Part shown: positions 17,390 to 28,768 of the stretch, piece by piece
How positions within the stretch are numbered: position 1 is the stretch's first letter
Layout of the letters: each line of letters opens with the position of its first letter
Origin: Guillardia theta CCMP2712
Lineage: Eukaryota; Protista; Cryptophyta
Reading direction: 5' to 3'
DNA length: 40,451 nt
NCBI RefSeq assembly: GCF_000315625.1
Contig: NW_005434659.1
Location: 982,710 to 1,023,160 of the forward strand
The notes under the pieces: model-generated
The model's database searches: none
The model's input: the letters and a program-made list of their open reading frames with translations, nothing else
Told to the model about the DNA's origin: nothing
Translations under genes and position numbers: made by a program

Positions 17390-19390
17390 CTTGCGAAGTT
17401 TTTATTGGAAATCACAATGCACCGTGCAGCGTATCCGATGAGGTTTATTTTGTTTTGTAGTGGTGATCTCAGATTGGGCATGGCGATGCTGATGATAATG
17501 TCGCAGGACTTCACAGGGCTCAAGTCAAGAAGAAAGAAAGTCGAGACCCCTGTGAGTCAAGACCTCTTACATTGACTCGCGTCTGACTTGCAAATGCACA
17601 GAACAGTTACACGGCTTCACAGGGCTTAACCCTGTCACAAACTTGCATCGACCATCCTCCTTGTTCTCGACCTGTATCTGCTCGGCAGGTGACTCTCCTT
17701 CAACACCTGAGCAGTGTGACATGCTAGCCATGTAGAGGAGACACTTTCACGAGTGTGAAAAACGGATTCTGCACCCCGGGCGCATTGTAATATTTTTTGT
17801 TGCTGTGAGACTTCGTGACACCAGCGTTTCTGAAGGTGCCGACAGAGTTTGGGCTGGTGGTTCAGGTATGGCCTTCCATTACGCTTGAAACCAGGAAGTT
17901 GACCTCTGTTTTTATAGCAACCGCAAGAGAGTGGTAGAGAAGGGAAGAAACTGTTTCCAAACACTTCGATGGAGCAACAGAGGAGGGGAGGGAAGAAGAT
18001 GGTTCAAGCTTACGCTTCCTCTTCGAACCTGTCTGGTGCCAACGTGAGCACATGCTCGTATGCAGCCCTAGCTGACACTGTCATGAAAGTGGGACACCAG
18101 CAAGGATGTGCAGTCTCTCCCACGACCGGCCACCTCAGGTATATTGGCATCAGATCGCGGAAGCTTCATCTCATTTTTTGCAGTTTCCGCGTCTGCACCT
18201 TTTGCAACAGATTTTTGATTGCGAATGCAAGTATTTACAGACATCAAAAGACATATTGCTTCGATAAATGCGCCTTCTTCTACACTGAATTCTAACTCTA
18301 AGACCTCGCTTTCTCGCCCAATACAGTCGAGATAGTTTCAAGTGCCCTCCGCTTCTCTCGACTGTCTTCAAGCCATCTGCAAGCAGCGCGTCACCGTCAC
18401 CCGACAGCATGGTCGAACCTCAGCACTTGGTCGTAGCCCATGCATGCTACTTGGAATGGAGGTTCTTGCAGCTTCCAATTCGCCTCCAGCTTTATGTCCA
18501 AGCTGACACGTTTCAGAAAACAAAAACATGACAACAAGAGTTACCTTCTATCTCGAATCGCCTGGATATCCAACAATTTCACTGAGATCCTTTCAAGCTT
18601 GTTATAGGCCACGTTGAGTTTCTGTCCGATCAATCAGTTCAGAACGCATTCCTCTCATTCACCTTAATCCTCGGGATGTGAACCAGGGCGATGGGGAAAT
18701 CCTGAGGAGCAATTTGAGTGAGATAGAACGAAGCACTATCAGACAAGGTGTGGTTTCACCGGTCCGATGAGATTCTTGGAAAGGTCAAAATCTTCCAGCA
18801 AGGACTCATCTTGAATCATAATCTTGGACATCTCTTCTGCACCCATTTTAGTGATACCTGAAGTCAGGGTCAGCAGCCATGTGTCCATGCCAAACGAGAG
18901 ACAACGATTGTTGTAGAACCGAACAGATTTGATGCTCAATCCTCGCACTGCTTTTGTGATTGCCACGGCTTCTTCATCCTTCATAGCACAACATGTGATG
19001 GATAGATGTTCCAATTTGAAAATTCCACCTCGTTGCCTGTTATCGTTCAGCACTATAATGACAAGGGGGAAGACACAACCTTTCTGTAAATATGGCACAA
19101 AGATCTGTCAAGTCTTTTCCCAATCCTGCTCTCCATCTGCGTAACGATCATGCGAGATCTGTCCCTTTGGTCTCTTCAACTTACATTCCATCCATTCTCA
19201 GATCCCGCACAAAGCCGAGGACAACGTCGGCTCTCACTGCTGAAGGAGACCATCGAAATACAAACCCCCGCCCTCTCCGCACGTCTCCTCCTGTGTTTCC
19301 TGCATCTTCCTCCCTCTGTTCGCTCGGCCTTTCCTCTCCCAACCCTTCCACCCATGTCGCGCTGCCTGGTCCTACGCTAGTCATCATTGC
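17390..19390 (-). CDS. Leucine-rich repeat (RNI-like) protein, multi-exon; ends uncertain
   Basis: LRR-like segments LEHLSITCCAMKDEEAVAI, IKSVRFYNN, ITKMGAEEMSKIM, LEDFDLSKNLIG and LNVAYNKLERIS. Confidence 0.6.
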
Positions 19391-19758
19391 TTGCTGTGGT
19401 TGTATATTGAGTGACACATAACAAGTCCGCCCCACCGACAGATAGGAGCAGGAGGAGAGGCAGCGCATCTCACTAGACAGCAACATTACTCAAAGTTAAG
19501 TTAAAGATCAGTACTAGCTCGGCGATTAAGTTGGGGTAGGTGCAAGCGAAACCGTCAGCGTCTTTTTAGTTTAAAACCTTGTTGGTCAACTTCGTATTGA
19601 AACTTTTACTTATCATTCCTACCAGTGGCCTGTCAGTAGTACCACAGACGAAGCGACGGTCGCAAGCAGTATGGCAGCAGCTTACGAAGCGAAGACGCGG
19701 GACGACAGCATCCAGGAGCTGCTGATAGAGGCAAGTCAGGAGGATGGAAGCAGAGGCA

Positions 19759-22269
19759 TGCTCCCTCAAATTGAATGGTTCTGAGCCGCTTGTTCTTTCA
19801 GGCTTTCAGACTCGCCGAGTTGCGATTCAATAACTTTGACCAAGACGATGCTGGGGTACTGTCTATCTTAGTCCGATCTACGGCCATTCCATGTCGACCT
19901 GATATCATCCATTGTCAGGTAATCTTCTTCCCTGAGTTGAAAAGAACGCTGGAAGTTTCCAGGTACCATAGGCCTGATCTTGAATATGACTTTGCTCTGT
20001 CGGGACTGACTAGAACCAAAGCAATCAGGAGGAATTATGTTTGCAAAAGATATGGTGCGAGTGCGATGTTGACAAATCGAACACCATGGATTTTGGAGAA
20101 TTTCTTCATTTCCTGCACCTCTGGCAGTATTCTAGTCTGGTTTGGGGCAGTGATGATCCCTTCAACCTCGTCTTGATGGCGTCTACCCAAGCAGAACTAG
20201 ACAGAGCGACCAGTAAATTCCTCTATGTTCTTCTTCAAATTGCTGAATTTGAACATTTCACAGAGGCTTACAGATGCTTTTACACAATAGAAGGAAATGC
20301 AAGAATTTCTGCAATGGCATTCAAGACTTTGGAAGACCTTTTCAAGGCATTTGATGTCAACAAGAACAGAAAGCTGAGCAAGGTGGAGCTTGCATCATTC
20401 GTCAAGAATCAGCTTCCTTGCCTTGCAGTTGGAGCAAACTTTCAAAACAACCTCAATCTCTTCTACGGATCATCTCGGCAAGAGCTTCCCTTCAACGAAT
20501 TCCTGTTGTTCATTTACCTGACACTCTTGGACGGTGCTGGAACAACAAGACTCAAAGGAAAGTATAGATACCAGTGCATGCCAGATAGGAAGCCTTTCTC
20601 ACGAGATGATCTTCAAAAGACCCTAGAGCTACTGTCACAAGATTTTTGGTCATTTGACAAGGATGGAAATGGCATGTTGTCGTTGGAGGAGATCGTTTCA
20701 AGCACACAGCAGTCAGGGAAAAAGCTAAAAGTTTCATTTTTCTCTAGGCTTCAGTATCACTTGTCTTATATTGATCTTCAAAAAATTGGTGAGATTGATT
20801 TCTTTGGATTTTGCTTTCTTGCCCTCCAAATGTGCCGGGATGGATCATACAAGGACTTAATCATGAACTCCAAGAATGCGAGCACCATCAAACTGAACTT
20901 TGTTCAAATGCTTGAACTTTTTGTTTCCCACAATGCCACAAGAAATTTTCGATTCCGCTATGATGAAGTACAAGCGATGTTGATGCAACTCTGTGGCGGC
21001 ATTCCTTCTCACTCACAGCAGATATTTGATTCTCTCAAGTACAAAAGTTCAACCGCTGGGGATGACGTAGTCGATGTTCCTCGAATGCTGCGATTCTTTT
21101 ATTACCTCTTTCTGCCCTCGGGACCTTTTTCTCCTTCTCAGTACAAACCGAAGTTGCCCCGAAAGCGATCGGAGACAGATTTCATCGTTCAGCTTCCACA
21201 AGGTCAGTCAGCTATTGATACGGTGAGTCGAATCGATCACGTGGATGTCAGTAAGGTCTGCAAAGTTCGCAAGATTGGTGAAGGTGGGCAGGGCATTGCT
21301 TATCTTGCTACCTACAATGGAATCACTCTATGTGCAAAGTTCCTTCGCGTACAAATCAACCAGACACTTCTGCAGCAGGTCAAGGAGGAGGTATCATGCA
21401 TGCAGAAGCTCCATCACCACAACTGTCATGAGTTGATCGGCAGTACGATTGATCCAACAAATGTTGTAATTCTCACCACTCTTTGTGAAAACGGCTCTAT
21501 CTTCGACTTTTACTCCAAGCAGCTGCTGCCATCGCATAGGAGATTTCATCCTGAGACATCGCACAGGCTGGCATTAGAGTCAGCACGCGGATTGCAGTAC
21601 ATGCACTCCCTACATCCTTCCATGATGCACCGAGACTTGAAGAGTCTCAACGTATTCCTAGACAAAAACATGGTCGCCAAGGTATCTTGTGCAACGAAGA
21701 CAGTCTAAACTCTGAGTGACCCGCAGATCGCCGATTTTGGAATGGCAACAGAGGAAGTGACTTCTTCAATCGGTCTGGGCACAATTCAGTGGATGGTAAA
21801 TCGACAAGGACTTAGCATCCTCGCATGTGAATTTTGATGGCAGGCCCCTGAAGTTCTATGGAACCTCAAAGGAAAGAAGAGCCAATATGATAAGCGATGC
21901 GACGTTTTCAGGTTCGAAGATCATCAACGGGCATGAAGTCTGATCTTGTTGTAGCTTTGGGGTTCTGATGTGGGAAATATTCCACTGTCAGATTCCTTAC
22001 GCAAGCACAGGAAAAGATAGCTCTGCTCTCATGCAGTCGGTAAGGCTCAGTGACTCGCCTGTTTGTTTCTCACTGAATTGCAATAGATATTGTTGGAGGG
22101 CCTTCGGCTTCTTCCATCCGAACTCTGTTGCCCTCCTGACATTAGTCGTCTCATTTCGTCATGTATGAATTTCGACGCCAACTTGCGTCCCTCCTTCGAT
22201 GACATCGTCAAGCAACTATCAGCAATTGAGGGAATCTCAGACCATCTCAAATCCCTATTACTCCAATGA
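19759..22269 (+). CDS. Protein kinase (TKL/Raf-like) with N-terminal EF-hands
   Basis: EF-hand loops DVDKSNTMDFGEF, DVNKNRKLSKVEL, DKDGNGMLSLEEI and DLQKIGEIDFFGF. Kinase motifs IGEGGQG, CAK, HRDLKSLN, DFG, WMAPE, DVFSFG and RPSF are split by short introns. TGA 22267-22269. Confidence 0.9.
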
Positions 22270-22329
22270 CGAAGATTTAGTTAATCCTTTGGCAAGAAGG
22301 TATTACAGGTAACTTCACAAGCAAATTTA

Positions 22330-23511
22330 TTTACACACGAGTTGAATTCTCTTCCTATGTAAACCAGCTGAAGAGGGATTTCCTTTCTACCTTGCTCGGC
22401 TTTGGAGAAGCTGGACCACCATCCAATCTCAAGAGTTCTACCTACAGATTGCATGAGCACATAACTTCAGAATGTACCGGAAGCGAACATCGAAGAAGAC
22501 TCATTGGAGATGATCTTGTGTTTGGTGTGATATTTTATGGGGTAATGAATGATGGAGAGAGAGAAATAAGTTGAATAAATGAGTGGGAATATTTGCAGAA
22601 GGCACACTAACACGAACATGGTCTTACCTCAAAGATTCGCGCACTTGCATCATGCATCTCGCTGCAAGACGCTTCCAACCACCTGGTAGGATTTAAGAGC
22701 CTTTCTTTTACAGTAAAAGAGGGTCACCATTGCAGCCACGATTGCAAGACCCTCGCACAACCCAGATCCAACGACGCGAAGAACATCGCCTGATAATCCA
22801 GCACGTTTTTCATTAGCAGGAACCATGAGCTTCACGTGCTGGTAGCAAACCTTCTCGCCCATAGACATTTTCATAATGAGCACGTCCAAATCTTCCATCT
22901 AAGCTGAGAATTAGCGAATCTTAAAGAGGAGATATTCAAGGTTCCATTGATGTTGACAACAACAGAGTAGCGGCAGTGAAATCGGCCAAACAAATACAAG
23001 AAGGGAAATTTGAAGACCGCATTCGAGACGGAATCATCCGTGTCTTCAGTTCTAAGCAAACTTGAACTTTCTACAGGGTCCGACAAACACTCGTTTGATG
23101 TAAATTCAGTGTATCTGAATAGAGCTTTCTGTCCAATCTGTTCAGTGAAATGCTTGATTAATCATACAACAGACATCAGGCAACCAAAACCTGCGGGTAT
23201 GTCTTGCCATCGCCATGCAGCAAAACCTCTTTGAAAATGACACGCTGATTATCGAAGAATTTCCTCTGACCAACATCTTTTTCTACATCTAAATTGATCA
23301 TGGCAATGCCTTCCCTGCGAAACGCGAAACCAGCTCCAGGAGGAAGGTCGTCTTCACACTCACAGGTGCCTTCATCCGCCCCGCTCTTACTTGGCGTTGT
23401 CAAGCTCTTTATGTCAATATCGAGAGAAGTTGTTCTTGATGACGGATCCACCAACGAACACGAGATCAAAACAAGAAGCAGGAAAAGCATGCAGCCAGTC
23501 ATGCTTTTCAT
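22330..23511 (-). CDS. Hypothetical type I membrane protein (signal peptide + one TM), multi-exon
   Basis: N-terminal hydrophobic MKSMTGCMLFLLLVLISCSLV; TM GLCEGLAIVAAMVTLFYC followed by basic KRK. No family recognised. Confidence 0.5.
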
Positions 23512-23856
23512 TGCAAAGCTTCTTCCTGGCAACAAGGTAAATCAGTGGACGACAATACACGCTTTCCCAATCATTTCTCTCTTGTCCACATCTCCTCTCT
23601 GTCTGAGTGCTGGTACGTCTACTGGGATATCATGCTGCTCCCATGCATTATTAGCCTCACTAGCTTCTTCTCATACTCTCGGCCAATGGGCGCTGCAAGC
23701 TGCCCTCAGAGAGCAACGAGCACCAAGCTAACAATCATAGAGTGCCACGAGAAACGAATACAGTATGCAGTGAGGCAGGCTCGAAAAGTTTAGATTACTA
23801 AAACTAGTGGTGAGGCCACCCATGCAGCGCACTACGATGCCAAGCCTGAAGCGGGA

Positions 23857-24903
23857 ATGAGAGAAGGCAGCATGAGAGGGGTTGGTGTTTTCCTGTTCTT
23901 TCTCTTCGTTGTTGCAGAGCAATTACTACTGGAAGCCGAAGCGATTCATGTCGGTTCTCTTTTTCGTACCCATGCCCACAAGGAAAGATTCAATAGGCAA
24001 GCCCACTCACGGGAAACGAACCATGCCCTTCGTGTGCCTGACATCCACAACTTGCACCCAAACAGGAAAATTTTTCATGTTATGACAGGTTATATATTTG
24101 TGCTGCTTCGCAACGGACTGGTTGGGGAAAAGGTCTTCGCTGTTACTTTCGCTTGCCTTGGTTTTGGATGTTTCTTTGGAGAAGTTCTTCGGCACAATAC
24201 GAAATTCTGGAGAAATTTCTTTCTCTCGCTTTTTGGAGCATTTATGCGAAGCCACGAGCTTGAAGATCACTTCTCGGGGATGGCGTATTACCTGCTTGGA
24301 ATGGCAGCATGTGGATGCTTCCAACGGCAAGACGGCGTGATGGGCATACTTATGTTGACGGTTGGCGATCCAGCTGCGGGTGTTTGTGGCGTTCTTTCGA
24401 AGCGTTTCATGCAAAAGTTGCACATGAGGCCACCGAAAGGGAAAACTTTGATGGGGAGCATAGGATGTGCTGCCTGTTGTGCCCTCGCGTCGTATCGGGC
24501 CTTGAGGTGGGTGCACTTTTGATGTTGAGGTAAGCATCTTGATGTGCGCTCTGTCTTCAGCTGCGCTTCCTATCCCACAGGCAAGCGGCCAAGCTGGAAA
24601 GAGCTCTTGAAACTTTCTTCGGTGATGGGGACCGCGACTGCTCTTGGTGAGCATTCTTCGTTTCACTCCATTTTGATACGAATCATTGTGGCAGCTGAGG
24701 TTTTTATTCCTTCTCCGCCCCTCACTCTTCCACTTCGAAAGTTTCCGCTAGGTTGACAATGCATGATTTATATGTGCCTGATCAGATTAGCAGGACTTGA
24801 CGACAACCTGATTCTTCCAGTAGCGGGTGCAATGACCTATGAGGTGATGAAAAGGGAATTGCGCATCTCAGACCCCACATTCTCGAAATACATCATCTTC
24901 TGA
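23857..24903 (+). CDS. CTP-dependent lipid kinase, DGK1/phytol-dolichol kinase (cytidylyltransferase) family
   Basis: RKIFHVMTG, FMRSHE..SGMAYYLLG, VGDPAAGVCG, KGKTLMGSIG and GLDDNLILPV; TGA 24901-24903. Confidence 0.85.
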
Positions 24904-25061
24904 ACTTCCGTGTTCAATTTTACTAAGTATAGATTTTTTTGATTTGTAATCCTTTACAAGAAATCCTTCATCTCAGTGCGCTGTTTTGTTTGATCTCTTC
25001 AGTACCGTCTTTCACTAAATGTTATGAAACATGATTCCTACCGTGCATGCAACAAATACAC

Positions 25062-26534
25062 TCATTCTGACCGACCCCATTGTTCGATCAATTTCTCTCG
25101 CAGTCTCAACAGGACTTTCCTCTCCTTCAAAAAATAATAAATGTCAAACTGAGATAAAATAATTCAATATCACCTTCTCCTCCGTATCCCAAATGGTTTC
25201 AAGCTGTTTTTCAATTTTGGGAGTCACACGTTCTAGTTCCTCGCGATCAGGCAAAATGTAGTCCGCACCAAAATCCTTTGCCCAATCGAATGAATGCAGG
25301 CCAAGTCCTAACAAGCCGATCTCCTTTCCTAGCACTCCATCCGACTTCGGATCCTCTTGCTCTAGCTCAACAGGAGATCCGATAATAAGAACGGGCTCTA
25401 ATGGCGCAGCAACGACGTATTTCTCATCCTGGTAATAGAATGTTGCCAATACTTGGACTTTCTCGCTTTCATCGTCCTCCTTCTTTTGAGAAGACAATCC
25501 ATCGTCCGAACCTTCTTCTTCATGCGAGGTGCTGTCAATTAACTCATCGGTCCGCAGTTTGATGTGCCCATCGATCGTAGGACTGCTCAAAATAAGATAT
25601 CAGCACCAGAAGCAGTCAATGAAGACAACAGCAGCAAAATCAAATACCCAGAATTTTCCTTTCCATCTTGATGCTGATAATAGCTATGATGATCAGTTGC
25701 CAATGTCTCCAATTCAAAGCCATCAGCATTTATGTACCCATCCTCCTCATCTTCCTCTTCGTCTTCATCTTCATCGTCTTCCTCTTCCAACTCTGCATTT
25801 CCTTCAACCTACTTCAAATTACCAATCACGTTTGAATTTCAAAATATCAACCGTGAGAACAACAGCAGAACGAGATAGCACTAAATCCATCTCTGCCAAC
25901 ACCTGAAAAGGACACAAAATCAGTAAATTAGGTGAAACCCAGATAAAATCGTTACCGCTGAAGCTGTTGGGAATAGAGTGTCAATCCTTTCATCATCAAG
26001 AACAGGTACAAGCTGTCTAGAACCGTCCACCTCTAAATACCCAGCTATTATGACAGGAGTATCTGCCGGCATCAAGGTTGCATATTTTTTCCCTTCCACT
26101 TCTATCTCCCTGTCGATGAAGCATTCGATCACTCGATCCATTTTCGCATCCCTCAACAACACAACACGATAATCATTCATGTCGTGTTCGTGTACAGTAT
26201 TGTGCCATGTCTCACCATCCCATGAGTCCGATTCATCCATAAATCCATTGAACACTGATTTGACACTGAACAAGCCATTCCTCGTTTGTGAAAATCGAGG
26301 ACGCTGGTGATGAGTGGCTGCAGCGAATCCATGCATCTTTTGCTTAACATTCCTGGACGAAAATGATGCAAGAGAGCTTGGGGATCGGATGCAGCTTATT
26401 TTGCCCAACGAAGCGACAAAGGCGTTCATAGCCCGCTCCGGAGGCCATCTCAGCGCGTTGCTACACGCCGGGAGGTCCAGAAGCATTAGTCCAAATGAGC
26501 AGAAGAAATGAAAGAGTACCCTGACACTCATCAT
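25062..26534 (-). CDS. DUF3727-family protein (cyanobacterial/plastid type) with probable bipartite plastid-targeting presequence
   Basis: IECFIDREIEVEGKKYATLMPADTPVII, FPTASAVLAEMDLVLSRSAVVLTV, an acidic linker and VQVLATFYYQDEKYVVAAPLEPVLII. A hydrophobic N-terminus precedes a Ser/Arg-rich transit-like stretch. Confidence 0.75.
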
Positions 26535-28083
26535 GTACAATACGTTGCAGTATGTCACTCGACCAAGATGTTCAAGAACAAAATCTTGACGATGAACAGG
26601 TATATGTGGTTATCAAACGACGGACGGGGCCGATTATGATTGAGAGACGAAATGACGATCAAACGACAAAGAAATGGTAGACAAATGTCACCGATTTAGG
26701 AATAGAAGAGAGGAATCTGATTGAAGATACCGATCAGGTGAGTAAAGAAGAAGTCGAAGTGCAACTTTGGCAAGGGGTCGAGGAAAGGGAGAGAGGGGGT
26801 GGGAAGGAAGAGTGGAGAGGGGAAGAGAGGGGGAAGGTTTTAGGCGAGCAACAAGAGAAAGAAGTCGCAGAAGGTTGAGATGAAGGAGGGAGGGGACAAG
26901 AAAAGTGAAGCGAGGAGCAGGATACAGAGAGGGGTAGCGGGTCTGGGGAACAGCGGGCAGGGGGGGAACTGGTGCCACAAGAGTAGGGGTGGACGGGTGG
27001 GATGGACAATCCTTCCCATGGGAGGGGTAGTTGAAAATAAAGAGTGCTCAAACTGATGGGAAATTAAGGGGTACTCAGTTCCATATTTGGGGTAGAGGTA
27101 GCAATTGGAGGTGCCTACTCAAGTTTAAGTTTTTGAAAGGGGGTGGTGGTCATAGTAGTACTGACGTCGTACTGAAATAACTTGAAATGGGTGGGTGATG
27201 CAAGGGGAGTTCGGGGGTGATGAAAACAAAATTACTAATATATTACTATATTTATAAATGGGTCGAGAATAGATAGAAAAAGTGTTGCAGGTGTTGTTTA
27301 TTACAAACAGAAGTCAAGAAAACACATTTATTGCATCTATTGTACCTTGTTATTTACAAATTAACTATATATTAATTGTAAAATAGTTTTTAATTATACA
27401 CATGGTACGAATGTTACTCAAGCTATATTGATATATAAAATTATATCGAGGAAGGGGCGCTACTCGCTCCTACGCCTCGTCTTCACCACCCGTGTTCCTT
27501 CAAAGGCAGCCACAATCTTCACTATATCACTCAAAATGTTGACTGAAAGACCTCTAAATCCTGTACAATTTCTTGACTACTCATGCATAAACTTGACTAC
27601 ATACCTCCACCCCCAGGGTGAAGGCGTAGACCCACCGATGGGGCACTGCTGCATCGAATCTCTGCCGGGCGGCAACTTGGAATCCTGACGGGCATCGTGA
27701 TAGACGGTCGCAATTTTGAACGACCAATAATAAACCCCTGTATGTACCTAAACTTAACTAAAACAAGCGCGATCATCGGATTTCACTGCTCAACTTAAGT
27801 GATAACGTTTACTACCGCCGCTACCGTACGCAAGGCGATAGGTGCACTACTAGTAGGGCCATTTTTTGAAGCCTGACCCTCCGGGCCTTAAAGGGACCCA
27901 CCCGGCCTGGGTTTGAAATTGTCATATAGAGGAGGGGCCCTCATTCAGACCAGCTGCTGCTGGGCATAGAAGGGTACACCAGTACAGGGTGGGTGGGGGG
28001 TACGAGATTACGTGCGAGAACAGAAAGATGAAACTGAAGGGGAAGAAGTCCATGTCAATGTGGATGCAGAGTGAGAAGCAGAC

Positions 28084-28530
28084 GTAGATGTAGAAAGGAA
28101 AAGCAGATGCAGATGCAGATGCAGATGCAGATGCAGATGTAGAAAGGAAAAACAGATGCAGATGCAGATGCAGATGCAGATGCAGATGCAGATGCAGATG
28201 CAGATGCAGATGCAGATGCAGATGCAGATGCAGATGCAGATGCAGAAGTAGAAAGGAAAAGCAGATGCAGATGCAGATGCAGATGCAGATGCAGATGCAG
28301 ATGCAGAAGTAGAAAGGAAAAGCAGATGCAGATGCAGATGCAGATGCAGATGCAGATGCAGATGCAGAAGTAGAAAGGAAAAGCAGATGCAGATGCAGAT
28401 GCAGATGCAGATGCAGATGCAGATGCAGATGCAGATGCAGATGCAGATGCAGATGCAGATGCAGATGCAGAGGTAGACAGGAAATGCAGATGCAGATGCA
28501 GATGCAGATGCAGATGCAGAAGTAGAAAGG
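28084..28530. repeat. (GCAGAT)n satellite with periodic GTAGAAAGGAAA spacers
   Basis: Hexamer runs broken about 7 times by a related 12-14 nt spacer. Confidence 0.95.
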
Positions 28531-28611
28531 AATAGTTGGTGTAGATGCACATGCAGATGTGTAAACGGAGAAGGAGATGAAGGAGATGTGATGAAGGAGA
28601 TGTAGAAGGTG

Positions 28612-28647
28612 AATGATAATGATAATGATAATGATAATGATAATGAT
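28612..28647. repeat. (GATAAT)n microsatellite
   Basis: Directly visible. Confidence 0.85.
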
Positions 28648-28768
28648 GGTGCTTCTGTATGTGTGTCAGACAACGGATTGAAAGAGTAGACAAGTAGCTG
28701 ACTTGGTACAACTCACGCTCTTGTGCAGGAACTCTGCTTTGTGTGTTGCGGAATCGTGAAGCAAAGCG

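Noticed and set aside
18400-18500. ROCO-type protein suggested by LRRs followed by 'QEPPFQVACMG'
   Set aside because: I could not find a downstream Roc P-loop or COR domain.
28008-28711. Minus-strand ORFs with ICIC/HLHL/SASA runs
   Set aside because: They are satellite translations.
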